From Mycobacterium gordonae (lineage in GTDB: Bacteria; Actinomycetota; Actinomycetes; Mycobacteriales; Mycobacteriaceae), in NCBI RefSeq assembly GCF_017086405.1, contig NZ_CP070973.1, positions 2,790,739 through 2,822,738 on the forward strand: a stretch of 32,000 bases of DNA, given 5' to 3'. Below the pieces are notes generated by a model. It ran no database searches. It was given only the letters and a program-made list of their open reading frames with translations, and was not told the origin of the DNA. A program made the translations under genes and the position numbers. This document shows positions 20,551-30,164 of the stretch, piece by piece; the stretch's first letter is position 1, and each line of letters starts with the position of its first letter.

Positions 20551-21489
20551 GTGGACAGTAGCGCCACCGAGCAGAACGGGGGCCGGCCGGCCGCGAAAGA
20601 AACCGGACCCCGAACCGGAACTGCGCGCGTCAAGCGCGGTATGGCCGAAATGCTCAAGGGCGGCGTCATCATGGACGTCGTCACCCCTGAGCAGGCCCGC
20701 ATCGCCGAAGGTGCGGGTGCCGTCGCGGTCATGGCGCTAGAACGGGTGCCCGCCGATATCCGCGCCCAGGGCGGGGTGTCGCGGATGAGTGACCCCGACA
20801 TGATCGAGGGCATCATCGACGCGGTCACCATCCCGGTGATGGCCAAGGCGCGCATCGGTCACTTCGTCGAGGCGCAGATTCTGCAGAGCCTCGGAGTGGA
20901 CTACATCGACGAGTCCGAGGTGCTCACCCCGGCCGACTACACCCACCACATCGACAAGTGGAGTTTCACCGTGCCGTTCGTGTGCGGGGCCACCAACCTC
21001 GGCGAGGCGCTGCGCCGGATTGCCGAGGGCGCGGCCATGATCCGTTCCAAGGGTGAGGCCGGCACCGGCGACGTCTCCAACGCGACCACCCACATGCGCG
21101 CGATCGGTGGCGAGATCCGGCGGCTCACGTCGTTGTCCGAAGACGAATTATTCGTAGCCGCAAAGGAATTGCAGGCACCGTACGACCTCGTCGTGGAGGT
21201 CGCCCGGGCCGGCAAGCTGCCGGTGACGCTGTTCACCGCCGGCGGTATCGCCACCCCGGCCGATGCCGCGATGATGATGCAACTCGGGGCCGAGGGTGTG
21301 TTCGTCGGGTCGGGCATCTTCAAGTCCGGTGACCCGGCGCAGCGAGCCGCGGCGATCGTCAAGGCCACCACCTTCTTCGACGACCCGGACGTGTTGGCCA
21401 AGGTGTCGCGCGGGCTGGGTGAGGCGATGGTCGGCATCAACGTGGAGGAGATCGCCGAGCCTCATCGCCTGGCGCAACGAGGCTGGTGA
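20551..21489 (+). CDS. pdxS: Pyridoxal 5'-phosphate synthase lyase subunit
   Basis: [57 protein letters not shown]... is near-identical to mycobacterial PdxS/SnzP as I remember it. GTG at 20551 with AAGGAGAG upstream. Confidence 0.96.
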   Translation: MDSSATEQNGGRPAAKETGPRTGTARVKRGMAEMLKGGVIMDVVTPEQARIAEGAGAVAVMALERVPADIRAQGGVSRMSDPDMIEGIIDAVTIPVMAKARIGHFVEAQILQSLGVDYIDESEVLTPADYTHHIDKWSFTVPFVCGATNLGEALRRIAEGAAMIRSKGEAGTGDVSNATTHMRAIGGEIRRLTSLSEDELFVAAKELQAPYDLVVEVARAGKLPVTLFTAGGIATPADAAMMMQLGAEGVFVGSGIFKSGDPAQRAAAIVKATTFFDDPDVLAKVSRGLGEAMVGINVEEIAEPHRLAQRGW

Positions 21490-21518
21490 CCGGCGGCTGG
21501 TGACCAGCGGCTGGTAAG
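21481..21518. repeat. 14-nt tandem repeat (about 2.7 copies) spanning the pdxS stop codon
   Basis: GGCTGGTGACCGGC / GGCTGGTGACCAGC / GGCTGGTAAG read directly. Copy 1 contains the pdxS TGA (21487-21489). Confidence 0.75.
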
Positions 21519-21526
21519 AACATTCC

Positions 21527-22372
21527 GTGGCGATCGAAGAGATCCTCGATCTCGAGCAACTCGAGGTCAACATCTACCGCGGCAGCGTGTTCAGCCCCGA
21601 GTCGGGCTTCCTGCAACGCACGTTCGGCGGGCATGTCGCCGGGCAGTCGCTGGTGTCGGCGGTGCGTACCGTCGACCCGCGCTATCGGGTGCATTCGCTG
21701 CACGGCTATTTCCTGCGGCCCGGGGACGCCAAGGAGCCCACGGTGTTCATCGTGGAGCGCACCCGTGACGGCGGATCGTTCGCCACCAGGCGCGTCAACG
21801 CCATCCAGCACGGCGAGATCATCTTCAGCATGGGCGCGTCGTTCCAGACCGACCAGGAAGGCATCGACCACCAGGACGCCATGCCGGCGGCGCCGCCGCC
21901 GGTGGGACTGCCCGGGCTGTCCTCGGTGAAGGTGTTCGACGACGCCGGATTCAAGCAGTTCGAGGAGTGGGACGTCTGCATCGTGCCGCGCGACCGGTTG
22001 AAACTGTTGCCCGGCAAGGCGTCCCAGCAACAAGTGTGGTTCCGCCACCGCGATCCGCTGCCAGATGACCCGGTGTTGCACATCTGCGCGCTGGCATACA
22101 TGAGCGACCTGACGCTGCTGGGCTCGGCGCAGGTCACCCACATGGCCGAGCGGGAGCATCTGCAGGTGTCCTCGCTGGACCACGCGATGTGGTTCATGCG
22201 GTCCTTTCGGGCCGACGAATGGTTGCTCTACGACCAGTCCTCGCCGTCGGCCGGCGGCGGTCGTTCGCTGTGCCAAGGCAAGATCTTCAACCAGAGCGGT
22301 GAGATGGTGGCCGCGGTGATGCAGGAAGGGCTGACCCGCTTCAGGCGCGGCTACCAGCCGGCCACCCGGTGA
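21527..22372 (+). CDS. tesB: Acyl-CoA thioesterase II (double hotdog)
   Basis: [46 protein letters not shown]...[11 protein letters not shown]...[11 protein letters not shown]...YMSDLTLL...[13 protein letters not shown] blocks typical of TesB. Position between pdxS and pdxT matches Rv2605c. Confidence 0.9.
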   Translation: MAIEEILDLEQLEVNIYRGSVFSPESGFLQRTFGGHVAGQSLVSAVRTVDPRYRVHSLHGYFLRPGDAKEPTVFIVERTRDGGSFATRRVNAIQHGEIIFSMGASFQTDQEGIDHQDAMPAAPPPVGLPGLSSVKVFDDAGFKQFEEWDVCIVPRDRLKLLPGKASQQQVWFRHRDPLPDDPVLHICALAYMSDLTLLGSAQVTHMAEREHLQVSSLDHAMWFMRSFRADEWLLYDQSSPSAGGGRSLCQGKIFNQSGEMVAAVMQEGLTRFRRGYQPATR

Positions 22373-22962
22373 GTGCGCGGCTGGTCGGCGTGCTGGCGTT
22401 GCAGGGCGACACCCGCGAGCACCTCGCCGCACTGCGCGAAGCCGGTGCCGAGGCGATCACGGTGCGCCGCCGCGCCGAACTGGACGCGGTGGACGGGCTG
22501 GTCATCCCCGGTGGCGAGTCAACCGCGATGAGTCACCTGCTGCGCGACTTCGACCTGCTGGAGCCGCTGCGGGCCCGCCTGGCCGACGGACTGCCCGCAT
22601 ACGGCGCGTGCGCCGGCATGATCCTGCTGGCCCGCGAAATCCTGGACGCGGGCGCGGCGGGACGCCAGGCCCTGCCGCTGGATGGGATCGATATGACCGT
22701 GCGGCGCAACGCTTTCGGGCGTCAAGTCGATTCATTCGAGGGCGACATCCCGTTTGAGGGTCTGGACGGCACGGTGCGCGCGGTGTTCATCCGGGCGCCC
22801 TGGGTCGAGCGGGTCGGCGCGGGTGTGCAGGTGCTGGCCCGGGCCGCGGGGCAGGTCGTCGCGGTGCGGCAGGGCGCGGTGTTGGCGACGGCGTTCCACC
22901 CGGAGGTGACCGGCGACCGGCGGGTGCACAAGATGTTCGTCGACATCGTGACCGGACGTTAG
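22369..22962 (+). CDS. pdxT: Pyridoxal 5'-phosphate synthase glutaminase subunit
   Basis: [13 protein letters not shown]...[11 protein letters not shown]...[13 protein letters not shown]...FIRAPWV...[12 protein letters not shown] are the PdxT/SNO catalytic Cys and His-Glu blocks. The GTG overlaps the tesB stop (GTGA at 22369-22372). Confidence 0.95.
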   Translation: MSARLVGVLALQGDTREHLAALREAGAEAITVRRRAELDAVDGLVIPGGESTAMSHLLRDFDLLEPLRARLADGLPAYGACAGMILLAREILDAGAAGRQALPLDGIDMTVRRNAFGRQVDSFEGDIPFEGLDGTVRAVFIRAPWVERVGAGVQVLARAAGQVVAVRQGAVLATAFHPEVTGDRRVHKMFVDIVTGR

Positions 22963-23091
22963 CTCACCGACCGACGCGCCAAGCGTGACGCTCGGCGCTC
23001 GAACGTTGCGCTGCCGTGACGCTCGATGCGCTATAGCGCCCACGTAGACTTGCTAGGCGAACTTTTCCAGCGAAAGAGGTAAGAGGAGCCG

Positions 23092-23847
23092 ATGAGCGGC
23101 CATTCCAAGTGGGCCACCACCAAGCACCAGAAGGCCGTCAAAGACGCCCGCCGCGGCAAGGAATTCGCCCGGCTGATCAAGAACATCGAAGTGGCCGCCC
23201 GCACCGGTGGTGGCGATCCAGCGGGTAATCCGACCCTGTATGACGCCATCCAGAAGGCCAAGAAGACCTCGGTGCCCAACGACAACATCGAGCGGGCGCG
23301 CAAGCGTGGCGCGGGTGAGGAAGCCGGCGGCGCGGACTACCAGACCATCATGTACGAGGGCTACGGACCCAACGGCGTCGCGGTGCTCGTCGAATGCCTC
23401 ACCGACAACCGCAACCGCGCGGCCAGCGAAGTGCGGGTGGCGATGACCCGCAACGGCGGCACCATGGCCGACCCCGGCTCGGTCGCCTACCTGTTCTCCC
23501 GCAAGGGCATGGTGACCCTGGAAAAGAACGGTCTCACCGAGGACGACGTCTTGACTGCCGTGCTGGATGCCGGCGCCGAAGACGTCAACGACCTCGGGGA
23601 AAGCTTCGAGGTGGTCTCGGAGCCCACCGACCTGGTGGCAGTGCGGACCGCCCTGCAGGAGGCCGGCATCGATTACGAGTCGGCCGAGGCCAGCTTCCAG
23701 CCCTCGGTGAGTGTCCCGGTGGACGTCGAGGGCGCCCGCAAGGTGTTCAAGCTCGTCGACGCCCTGGAGGACAGCGACGACGTGCAGAACGTGTGGACCA
23801 ACGTCGATCTGTCCGACGAGGTGCTGGCCGCGCTCGACGAGGAGTGA
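23092..23847 (+). CDS. yebC: YebC/PmpR family DNA-binding transcriptional regulator
   Basis: [37 protein letters not shown]...[14 protein letters not shown] is the family signature. AAGAGGAG RBS at 23081-23088. Confidence 0.95.
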   Translation: MSGHSKWATTKHQKAVKDARRGKEFARLIKNIEVAARTGGGDPAGNPTLYDAIQKAKKTSVPNDNIERARKRGAGEEAGGADYQTIMYEGYGPNGVAVLVECLTDNRNRAASEVRVAMTRNGGTMADPGSVAYLFSRKGMVTLEKNGLTEDDVLTAVLDAGAEDVNDLGESFEVVSEPTDLVAVRTALQEAGIDYESAEASFQPSVSVPVDVEGARKVFKLVDALEDSDDVQNVWTNVDLSDEVLAALDEE

Positions 23848-24138
23848 GCGGGCTGGCCCGTTAGCCGACGTTCCAGGACGTGGAATTGGGCTGCGCCAGC
23901 CCAGGTCCCGCCAGGTCCGCTGATTGCTCGGCAATCCTTCCCCTACCAGTCAGCTATCACTCGACCACCTGCGTTCCCACTGAACCCGCACCGACAGAGA
24001 CACGGCTAGATGGTCTGGGTGACCCGGCTGGTTCGTGCCCGGGTGGTGCCTGTCGAAACGAATATCGAATGACTGGCGCGAGGGCCCGCCATCGGAAACT
24101 CCGTCGACTCTGGCAAACCGCTACGGCAGACTTGCCGA

Positions 24139-25551
24139 GTGCTTCTGACTGTCACGACCACCCACCAGCCGGCGACCGATCTCGGCTACCTCCTGCACAA
24201 GCATCCGGACCGTGTGCAGGAGTTCAAGCAGTCCTTCGGCACCGTCACCGTCTTCTACCCCGAAGCCACCGCCGAGCGGTGCACCGTCGCGCTGATGCTG
24301 AACATCGATCCGGTCCGGTTGGCGCGGTCCCGGGCTAGGAACACCCCGGACTTCAGCCTGGCGCAGTACGTGAATGACCGCTCCTACGCAGCATCGTCGC
24401 TGCTGGGCGTGGCGATGGCCGACGTATTCAGCACCGCGCGCAGCGGACGCTGCAACTCCAGGCAAGAGCTCGCCGACTCCGCGATCCCGCTTGAGATCGT
24501 TATCCCGGTGCTGCCGTGCAGAGGCGGCCCTGACATCGCCCACCGGTTCTTCGAGCCCCTCGGCTGGACGGTCGAAGCCGAGCCGATCCCACTCGACGAC
24601 GCCTTTGCCGAGTGGGGTGATTCCCGTTATCTCCGTCTCAAGCTGACCGGCACGGTCAAGCTGGCCGACGCCCTCAACCAGGTCCACGTCCTGCTCCCGG
24701 TGCTCGATGAGTCCAAGCACTATTGGCAGGGACCGGACGAGGTCGACAAGCTCCTCCGCTCCGGGGAGGGCTGGCTCGCCGGCCACCCGGACGCCAACCT
24801 CATCACCCGTCGCTATCTCGGTCGCCACGGCGGGCTCACCCGCACGGCGCTGGCCAGGCTCGCCGAGCTCGGCGACGAGCTCGAAGAGGCCATCGAGCCG
24901 GCCGAAGACGAGGAGGTCCTGCAGCCCGAGGCGCAGCGAGTGCCGCTCAACACCCAGCGACACGACGCCGTCTACCAGGCTCTGCTCGATCTCGGGGCAC
25001 GTTCGGTCATCGACCTCGGGTGCGGTCCTGGCCAGTTCCTCGACCGGCTGGTCAAGACCCCGGCGTTCTCCCGGATCGCCGGCAGCGACGTCTCCACCCG
25101 TTCACTCCAGCACGCCGCACGGCGCCTGCGCGTCGAGCGGATGAGTGAGCGGCAGGCCGCGCGCGTCGAGCTGTTCCAGAGCGCCCTCACCTACGAGGAC
25201 GAGCGGTTCGCCGGCTTTGACGCCGCCGTACTCATGGAAGTCGTCGAGCACGTCGACCGACCACGCCTCGAGACCCTCGAACGGGTCGTGTTCGGCGCTG
25301 CGAAGCCTACCGCCGTCATCGTGACGACCCCCAACTGCGAGTACAACGTGCTTTACCAAGGACTGGTCGGCATGCGACACCCCGACCACCGGTTCGAGTG
25401 GAGTCGTGCAGAGTTCGCCGAGTGGTCCGATCGGGTTGCCGCGACCTACGGCTACGGGGTTGTGCGACGGGGAGTCGGCGATCGCGACGACACGCTCGGC
25501 AACCCGACTCAGATGGCGATCTTCACCCGTGAGGAGGGAAACGATGACTGA
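24139..25551 (+). CDS. hen1: Bacterial Hen1, 3'-terminal RNA ribose 2'-O-methyltransferase (RNA repair partner of Pnkp)
   Basis: 470 aa. N-terminus MLLTVTTTHQPATDLGYLLHKHPDRVQ is typical of the bacterial Hen1 N-terminal (ligase-activating) domain. The C-terminal Rossmann methyltransferase has SAM motif I VIDLGCGPGQF (DLGCGPG at 25012-25032). It also has the Hen1 metal-site blocks MEVVEHVD and RHPDHRFEW. It is immediately adjacent to, and overlaps, pnkp. Confidence 0.85.
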   Translation: MLLTVTTTHQPATDLGYLLHKHPDRVQEFKQSFGTVTVFYPEATAERCTVALMLNIDPVRLARSRARNTPDFSLAQYVNDRSYAASSLLGVAMADVFSTARSGRCNSRQELADSAIPLEIVIPVLPCRGGPDIAHRFFEPLGWTVEAEPIPLDDAFAEWGDSRYLRLKLTGTVKLADALNQVHVLLPVLDESKHYWQGPDEVDKLLRSGEGWLAGHPDANLITRRYLGRHGGLTRTALARLAELGDELEEAIEPAEDEEVLQPEAQRVPLNTQRHDAVYQALLDLGARSVIDLGCGPGQFLDRLVKTPAFSRIAGSDVSTRSLQHAARRLRVERMSERQAARVELFQSALTYEDERFAGFDAAVLMEVVEHVDRPRLETLERVVFGAAKPTAVIVTTPNCEYNVLYQGLVGMRHPDHRFEWSRAEFAEWSDRVAATYGYGVVRRGVGDRDDTLGNPTQMAIFTREEGNDD

Positions 25552-28069
25552 TCCGGCAACCCAGCAGCAGCAGCAGATCACCGTTCCCGCCATGGGCCTG
25601 ATCGTCCTCGTCGGCGTCTCCGGAAGCGGCAAGTCCACCTTCGCCCGCACCCATTTCAAGCCCACCGAAGTCGTCTCCAGCGACTTCTGCCGCGGGCTCG
25701 TGGCCGACGACGAAAACGACCAGTCCGCCACGCCTGACGCCTTCGACGTCCTCCACTACATCGTCGGTACCCGACTTCGGCGGGGACTGCTCACCGTGGT
25801 CGACGCCACCAACGTCCAGCAGTCGGACCGTGCCTCGCTGATCAAACTGGCCAAGGGCCACGACGTCCTGGTCGACGCGGTCATCCTCGATGTCTCGGAG
25901 GAGGTCGCAATTGAACGCAACAACCAGCGGCCGGACCGTGACTTCGGCAGCCAGGTAGTCTCGCGCCAGCACCGCGACCTCAAGCGATCGTTTCGGCGGC
26001 TCGGCAAGGAGGGTTTCCGCCGCGTCCATGTCCTGCGCGGTACCGACCAGATCGACGCGGTCGACATCGTCCGCGAACCTGCGTGGAACGACCGCAGAGA
26101 CATCCACGGCCCGTTCGACATCGTCGGCGACATCCACGGATGCGCCTCCGAGTTACGCACCCTGCTCACCCAGCTCGGCTGGCAGATCCGGTACGACGGT
26201 ACGACCGCGATCGACGCCACGCACCCCGACGGACGCCAGGCAGTCTTCGTCGGTGACCTCGTCGACCGCGGCCCGGACAACCCCGGAGTGCTGCGTCTGG
26301 TCATGGGCATGGTCGCCTCCGGAAACGCGCTGTGCGTCTCTGGCAACCACGAGGCCAAGCTCGTGCGCGCACTCAGAGGCTCGAAGGTGACCGTCTCCCA
26401 CGGACTTGCGGAATCGCTTGCACAGATGCAGGCCGAGCCCGAGGACTTCGGCAAGCAGGCACTCGCCTTCATGGAGGGGCTCATCAGCCACTACGTCCTC
26501 GACGACGGCAAGCTCGTCGTCGCCCACGCCGGACTCAAGGAGAGCTACCACGGACGTTCCTCCGGCCGCGTGCGGTCCTTCGCGCTCTACGGCGACACCA
26601 CAGGAGAGACCGACGAATACGGCCTGCCGGTTCGCTACCCCTGGGCCCAGGAGTACCGCGGCCAGGCGATGGTCGTCTACGGCCACACCCCGGTCCCGAA
26701 GGCGGAGTGGATCAACAACACGATCTGCCTGGACACCGGTGTCGTCTTCGGTGGCGAACTGACCGCCCTGCGCTACCCCGAGCGCGAGATCGCCGCTGTC
26801 CCAGCGCAACAGGAGTGGTACGAGCCGGTCCGCGCCCCGCGTCCCCACCCCAGCCGACGCGAGGCGTCGGTTCTCAAGATCGGCGACGTCGCCGGCACCC
26901 GTTGGCTGGAGACCACCCACGCCGGCAAGGTCAAGGTCCCCGAGGAGAACGCCGCGGCCGCGCTGGAGATCATGAGTCGGTTCGCGGTCGACCCGCGCTG
27001 GCTGATCTATCTCCCGCCTACCATGTCGCCTGTCGCGACTTCGCAGGTCGAGGGCTTCCTGGAGTACCCCGAGCAGGCATTCGAGGAGTACGCGGGCTGC
27101 GGCGTCACCCGCGTGGTGTGCCAGGAGAAGCACATGGGCTCGCGCGCCATCGCCGTCGTCACCAAGGACACCGACGCCGCCGAGCGACGCTTCGGTATCG
27201 GCGATGGCACCACAGGTGTCGTCTACACGCGTACCGGGCGTCCGTTCCTCGCGGACGCCACCGAACTCGTCGACCGGCTCCGGCTCGCGGCCGAGCCGCT
27301 GTTCGAATCCTTGGACACCGACTGGCTCGCCCTCGACTGCGAGTTCCTGCCCTGGTCGGCCAAGGCCATCGACCTCATCAAGGCGCAGTACGCCTCGGTG
27401 GGCGCGGCCGCCCGGAGTGTTCTGCCCGAGGCGCTCGGTGTGCTCGAGCAGGCCGCGGCACGCGGTCTCGACGTCGGTGATCTCGCTGAGAGGTCGCGGC
27501 GCCGGCTCGAGAACGCCGTGGCATTCCGCGATGCCTACGCGGTGTACGTCCGGCCCACCGAAGGGCTCGACGGCGTGACCCTTGCGCCCTTTCAGATCCT
27601 CGCCTCGGAGGGCCGCTCGCTCGCGCTTACCGAGTCCCACGAGTGGCACCTCGCCGAACTCGCCAAACTCCAAGGCGATCTCATCACGCCGACCCGCCAC
27701 CACTTCGTCGACCTCGCCTCTCAGGACGAGCGGGACCGGGCCACGCAGTGGTGGCTCGACCTGACGGCCGCTGGTGGCGAAGGCATGGTCGTCAAGCCCG
27801 CTTACCCGACCGAAGGGCGTGTTCAGCCCGCCATCAAGGTGCGTGGCCGGGAGTACCTGCGAATCATCTACGGCCCTGACTACACCGACTCGCTGGACGT
27901 GCTCCGCGAGCGCCACCTCGGCAAGAAGCGTCAGCTTGCGCTCCGCGAGCATGGTCTGGGCATCGAAGCTCTGACCGCCTTCGTCGACCACAAGCCGCTC
28001 TGGACGGTGCACCAGGCGGTCTTCGCGGTCCTCGCGTTGGAGTCCGAGCCGGTCGACCCACGGTTGTGA
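25544..28069 (+). CDS. pnkp: Polynucleotide kinase-phosphatase-ligase (Pnkp), trifunctional RNA repair enzyme
   Basis: 841 aa. 5'-kinase P-loop GVSGSGKST (25613-25639). Calcineurin-type phosphoesterase motifs GDIHG (26126-26140), GDLVDRGPDN, GNHE and GHTP. C-terminal adenylyltransferase/ligase domain has motif I lysine in CQEKHMGSR (Lys529, AAG 27128-27130), motif IV EGMVVKP and motif V-like AIKVRG. ATG at 25544 is preceded by GAGGAGGGA and overlaps the hen1 stop by 8 nt (ATGACTGA). The track ORF start at 25406 lies inside hen1. Confidence 0.9.
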   Translation: MTDPATQQQQQITVPAMGLIVLVGVSGSGKSTFARTHFKPTEVVSSDFCRGLVADDENDQSATPDAFDVLHYIVGTRLRRGLLTVVDATNVQQSDRASLIKLAKGHDVLVDAVILDVSEEVAIERNNQRPDRDFGSQVVSRQHRDLKRSFRRLGKEGFRRVHVLRGTDQIDAVDIVREPAWNDRRDIHGPFDIVGDIHGCASELRTLLTQLGWQIRYDGTTAIDATHPDGRQAVFVGDLVDRGPDNPGVLRLVMGMVASGNALCVSGNHEAKLVRALRGSKVTVSHGLAESLAQMQAEPEDFGKQALAFMEGLISHYVLDDGKLVVAHAGLKESYHGRSSGRVRSFALYGDTTGETDEYGLPVRYPWAQEYRGQAMVVYGHTPVPKAEWINNTICLDTGVVFGGELTALRYPEREIAAVPAQQEWYEPVRAPRPHPSRREASVLKIGDVAGTRWLETTHAGKVKVPEENAAAALEIMSRFAVDPRWLIYLPPTMSPVATSQVEGFLEYPEQAFEEYAGCGVTRVVCQEKHMGSRAIAVVTKDTDAAERRFGIGDGTTGVVYTRTGRPFLADATELVDRLRLAAEPLFESLDTDWLALDCEFLPWSAKAIDLIKAQYASVGAAARSVLPEALGVLEQAAARGLDVGDLAERSRRRLENAVAFRDAYAVYVRPTEGLDGVTLAPFQILASEGRSLALTESHEWHLAELAKLQGDLITPTRHHFVDLASQDERDRATQWWLDLTAAGGEGMVVKPAYPTEGRVQPAIKVRGREYLRIIYGPDYTDSLDVLRERHLGKKRQLALREHGLGIEALTAFVDHKPLWTVHQAVFAVLALESEPVDPRL

Positions 28070-28106
28070 CGTTGAGTCACATGGACCACCGCACCAACCA
28101 CAGGCA

Positions 28107-29687
28107 TCAGTCGTAACCCCGCCGCATGTCCGCCACGACTCGCGGGTTGTCCAGCGTGGACGGCTCCATCGGACGTGGCCGCACGTCCTCGGAGAACACC
28201 GTCGCGGCGTCCAGCACGCGCTGGTCCAGGTAGCGCAAGGAGGGAGCATCGCGCGGCAGCGCCGCCGCCGGCGCGGCGTCGCCGCGGCGGGCCAGGACGA
28301 AACCCCAGTCACCGAAGGTGGGCACGTGCACGTGATACGGGGTGACCGCAAAACCGCCGGACCGGATGGTCGAGACGGTGCGCCAGAACGCCTTCCGCGT
28401 CGAGAACGGGCTACCGGCTTGCACCACCATCAGGCCGCCCGGTGACAACACCCGGTCGACCAGCGCATAAAACTCTGTCGAATACAGGCGGCCCAGCACG
28501 GGCGTGTCCGGATCGGGCAGATCGACGATCACCGCGTCGAACCGGTCGGTCCGCGGGCCGCGCAGCCAGGTCATGGCGTCGTCGATCACCAGCTGCACGC
28601 GTGGGTTGTCCAACGAGCCCCCGTTGGCGTCGCGCATCGTGGTGCGTGCCAGTTCGACAACCGCCGGGTCCAGCTCGACCTCAGTGATCCGGCGCAAGCC
28701 GGGCTGGCGCAGCAGTTCGCGCGCCGCCAGCCCGTCGCCGCCGCCGAGCACCAGAGCCGACTGGGCGCCACCTCCGAGGGCCGGATAGACCAGGCTTTCG
28801 GTATAGCGGTATTCGTCCCGGGTGGAGAATTGCAGATCCCCGTCCAGGTAGAGGCGCATGTCGCGGTCGCGACGGGTGATTACGATGTCCTGATAGGCAG
28901 AGTGCCGGTGGGCGATGATCGGGTCGGCGTAGAGCCGCTGGCGGCTGGAGAGCTCGATCTCCCGGGCGTTTACCAGCAGGATCACCAGCAGCGTCAACGC
29001 CGTCGTCAGTGCGCCCAGCGCCGCCGCCAGCTGGCGCGCCGACACCAGCCGCCGCAGCAGAAACACCGCTACGATCGCCGCGGCCACCAGGTTGACAATG
29101 CCGGTGGCCGCGGCCCCGCGGATCATGCCCAGCTGAGGCAGCAGCAGGAACGGCCAGGCCAGCCCGCCGACCAGGGCGCCCAGGTAGTCGGCCGCGGTCA
29201 AGTTGGCCAGCGTACGTCCGGTATCGGTGGCCAAATCACTGCGCGGGTCCCAGGGCCCCTGCACCCGGCCGCGCTGCAGCAGCGTCATCAACAGCGGCAC
29301 CTCGGCGCCGACCAGGCAACCGATCAGCCCGGTGCTCACCGCCAGCACCAGCGTCGAACCGTTGACGAAAGCGAACGCGACATACAGGGCCGCGGCGGAC
29401 AGTCCGCCGACGATGCCTAGGAGCACCTCCACAGCGATGAAGGTGATCGCGGCACGCGCCAGCAGCGGTTTGATCAGCAGCGCGCCCAGCCCCAACGCGG
29501 CGATGTAGCCCGCGACGATCAGCGATGTCGCCACGATGCCGCCGCCGTTCAGGTTGGTCGACAATGTCAGCATCGCCAGTTCGTAGACGATCCCGCACGC
29601 CGCGCAGGCCGCCACCGCGGCCAGCAGGACGGCGCGCCACCGTCCCAGCGACGGTGAGACCGGTTCGGCGGCAGCGGTCGTCGTCAT
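28107..29687 (-). CDS. speE: Membrane-fused spermidine synthase-like aminopropyltransferase (Rv2601-like)
   Basis: About 230 aa N-terminal polytopic membrane domain. Followed by a spermidine synthase fold with [15 protein letters not shown] (SAM/dcSAM motif), VIVDLPDPD and QAGSPF blocks. Confidence 0.85.
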   Translation of the reverse strand: MTTTAAAEPVSPSLGRWRAVLLAAVAACAACGIVYELAMLTLSTNLNGGGIVATSLIVAGYIAALGLGALLIKPLLARAAITFIAVEVLLGIVGGLSAAALYVAFAFVNGSTLVLAVSTGLIGCLVGAEVPLLMTLLQRGRVQGPWDPRSDLATDTGRTLANLTAADYLGALVGGLAWPFLLLPQLGMIRGAAATGIVNLVAAAIVAVFLLRRLVSARQLAAALGALTTALTLLVILLVNAREIELSSRQRLYADPIIAHRHSAYQDIVITRRDRDMRLYLDGDLQFSTRDEYRYTESLVYPALGGGAQSALVLGGGDGLAARELLRQPGLRRITEVELDPAVVELARTTMRDANGGSLDNPRVQLVIDDAMTWLRGPRTDRFDAVIVDLPDPDTPVLGRLYSTEFYALVDRVLSPGGLMVVQAGSPFSTRKAFWRTVSTIRSGGFAVTPYHVHVPTFGDWGFVLARRGDAAPAAALPRDAPSLRYLDQRVLDAATVFSEDVRPRPMEPSTLDNPRVVADMRRGYD

Positions 29688-30142
29688 AACAATGCGGCCG
29701 CTGTGACTCCACCGACGGCCAGCAGCATGGCCGCGGTGGCAAAGGCCGCCGGATGCAGGGTCGGTTCCTCGACGTGTTCGTGGAAGTTTCCCGGCACCGC
29801 GATTCTCAGAATGAACAGGGCCAGTCCCTGCAAGATCACACCGATTCCGCCGTAGATCGCCACTCCCAGCAGGCCCTCACCCAGCTGATTGGAGCTGGTG
29901 GTAATGGCCGCGATGATCACGATGGCCAGTGCGGCATACATCGCGGTGGCCAGGATGGCGGCGTTGGGCCGTCGTTCCAAGAACACCAGCCGACGCAGAT
30001 TGCCCGGAGTGAGCACGTCGACCATCAGGAAGCCGGCGATCAGCACGGCGATGCCCACCGCGAAGTACAGGACGGTGGCGACGGCTCCGCGCAAGATGGG
30101 ATCGAGACTGACGCTGCCGAACTCCACCGCGCTGTAATTCAT
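29684..30142 (-). CDS. DUF350-type small integral membrane protein (Rv2600-like)
   Basis: [42 protein letters not shown]..., with four hydrophobic helices. ATG at 30142 with GGAGGACG (rc of 30147-30154) upstream. Its stop overlaps the speE-like ATG (ATGA at 29687-29684). The family name is recalled from memory. Confidence 0.7.
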   Translation of the reverse strand: MNYSAVEFGSVSLDPILRGAVATVLYFAVGIAVLIAGFLMVDVLTPGNLRRLVFLERRPNAAILATAMYAALAIVIIAAITTSSNQLGEGLLGVAIYGGIGVILQGLALFILRIAVPGNFHEHVEEPTLHPAAFATAAMLLAVGGVTAAALL

Positions 30143-30164
30143 GAACGTCCTCCTTCGCGAATAC

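Noticed and set aside
23880-24338. 152-aa plus-strand ORF bridging the intergenic region and the start of hen1
   Set aside because: It is in a different frame from hen1, overlaps hen1's conserved N-terminus, and has Arg/Pro/Ala-rich composition with no motif. Judged non-coding.
23960-28100. Shared GACCACC...GCACC strings in the left (about 23963-24000) and right (about 28084-28098) flanks of the hen1-pnkp cassette as possible insertion-site direct repeats
   Set aside because: Only 7-mer plus 5-mer matches, interrupted on the left side. In 65% GC DNA this is at chance level. It is not supported as att-like repeats.
26153-28351. 732-aa minus-strand ORF antisense to pnkp and running into speE
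   Set aside because: There are no recognisable motifs and it is Arg/Gly/Val-rich. It overlaps two genes with strong motif support on their own frames.
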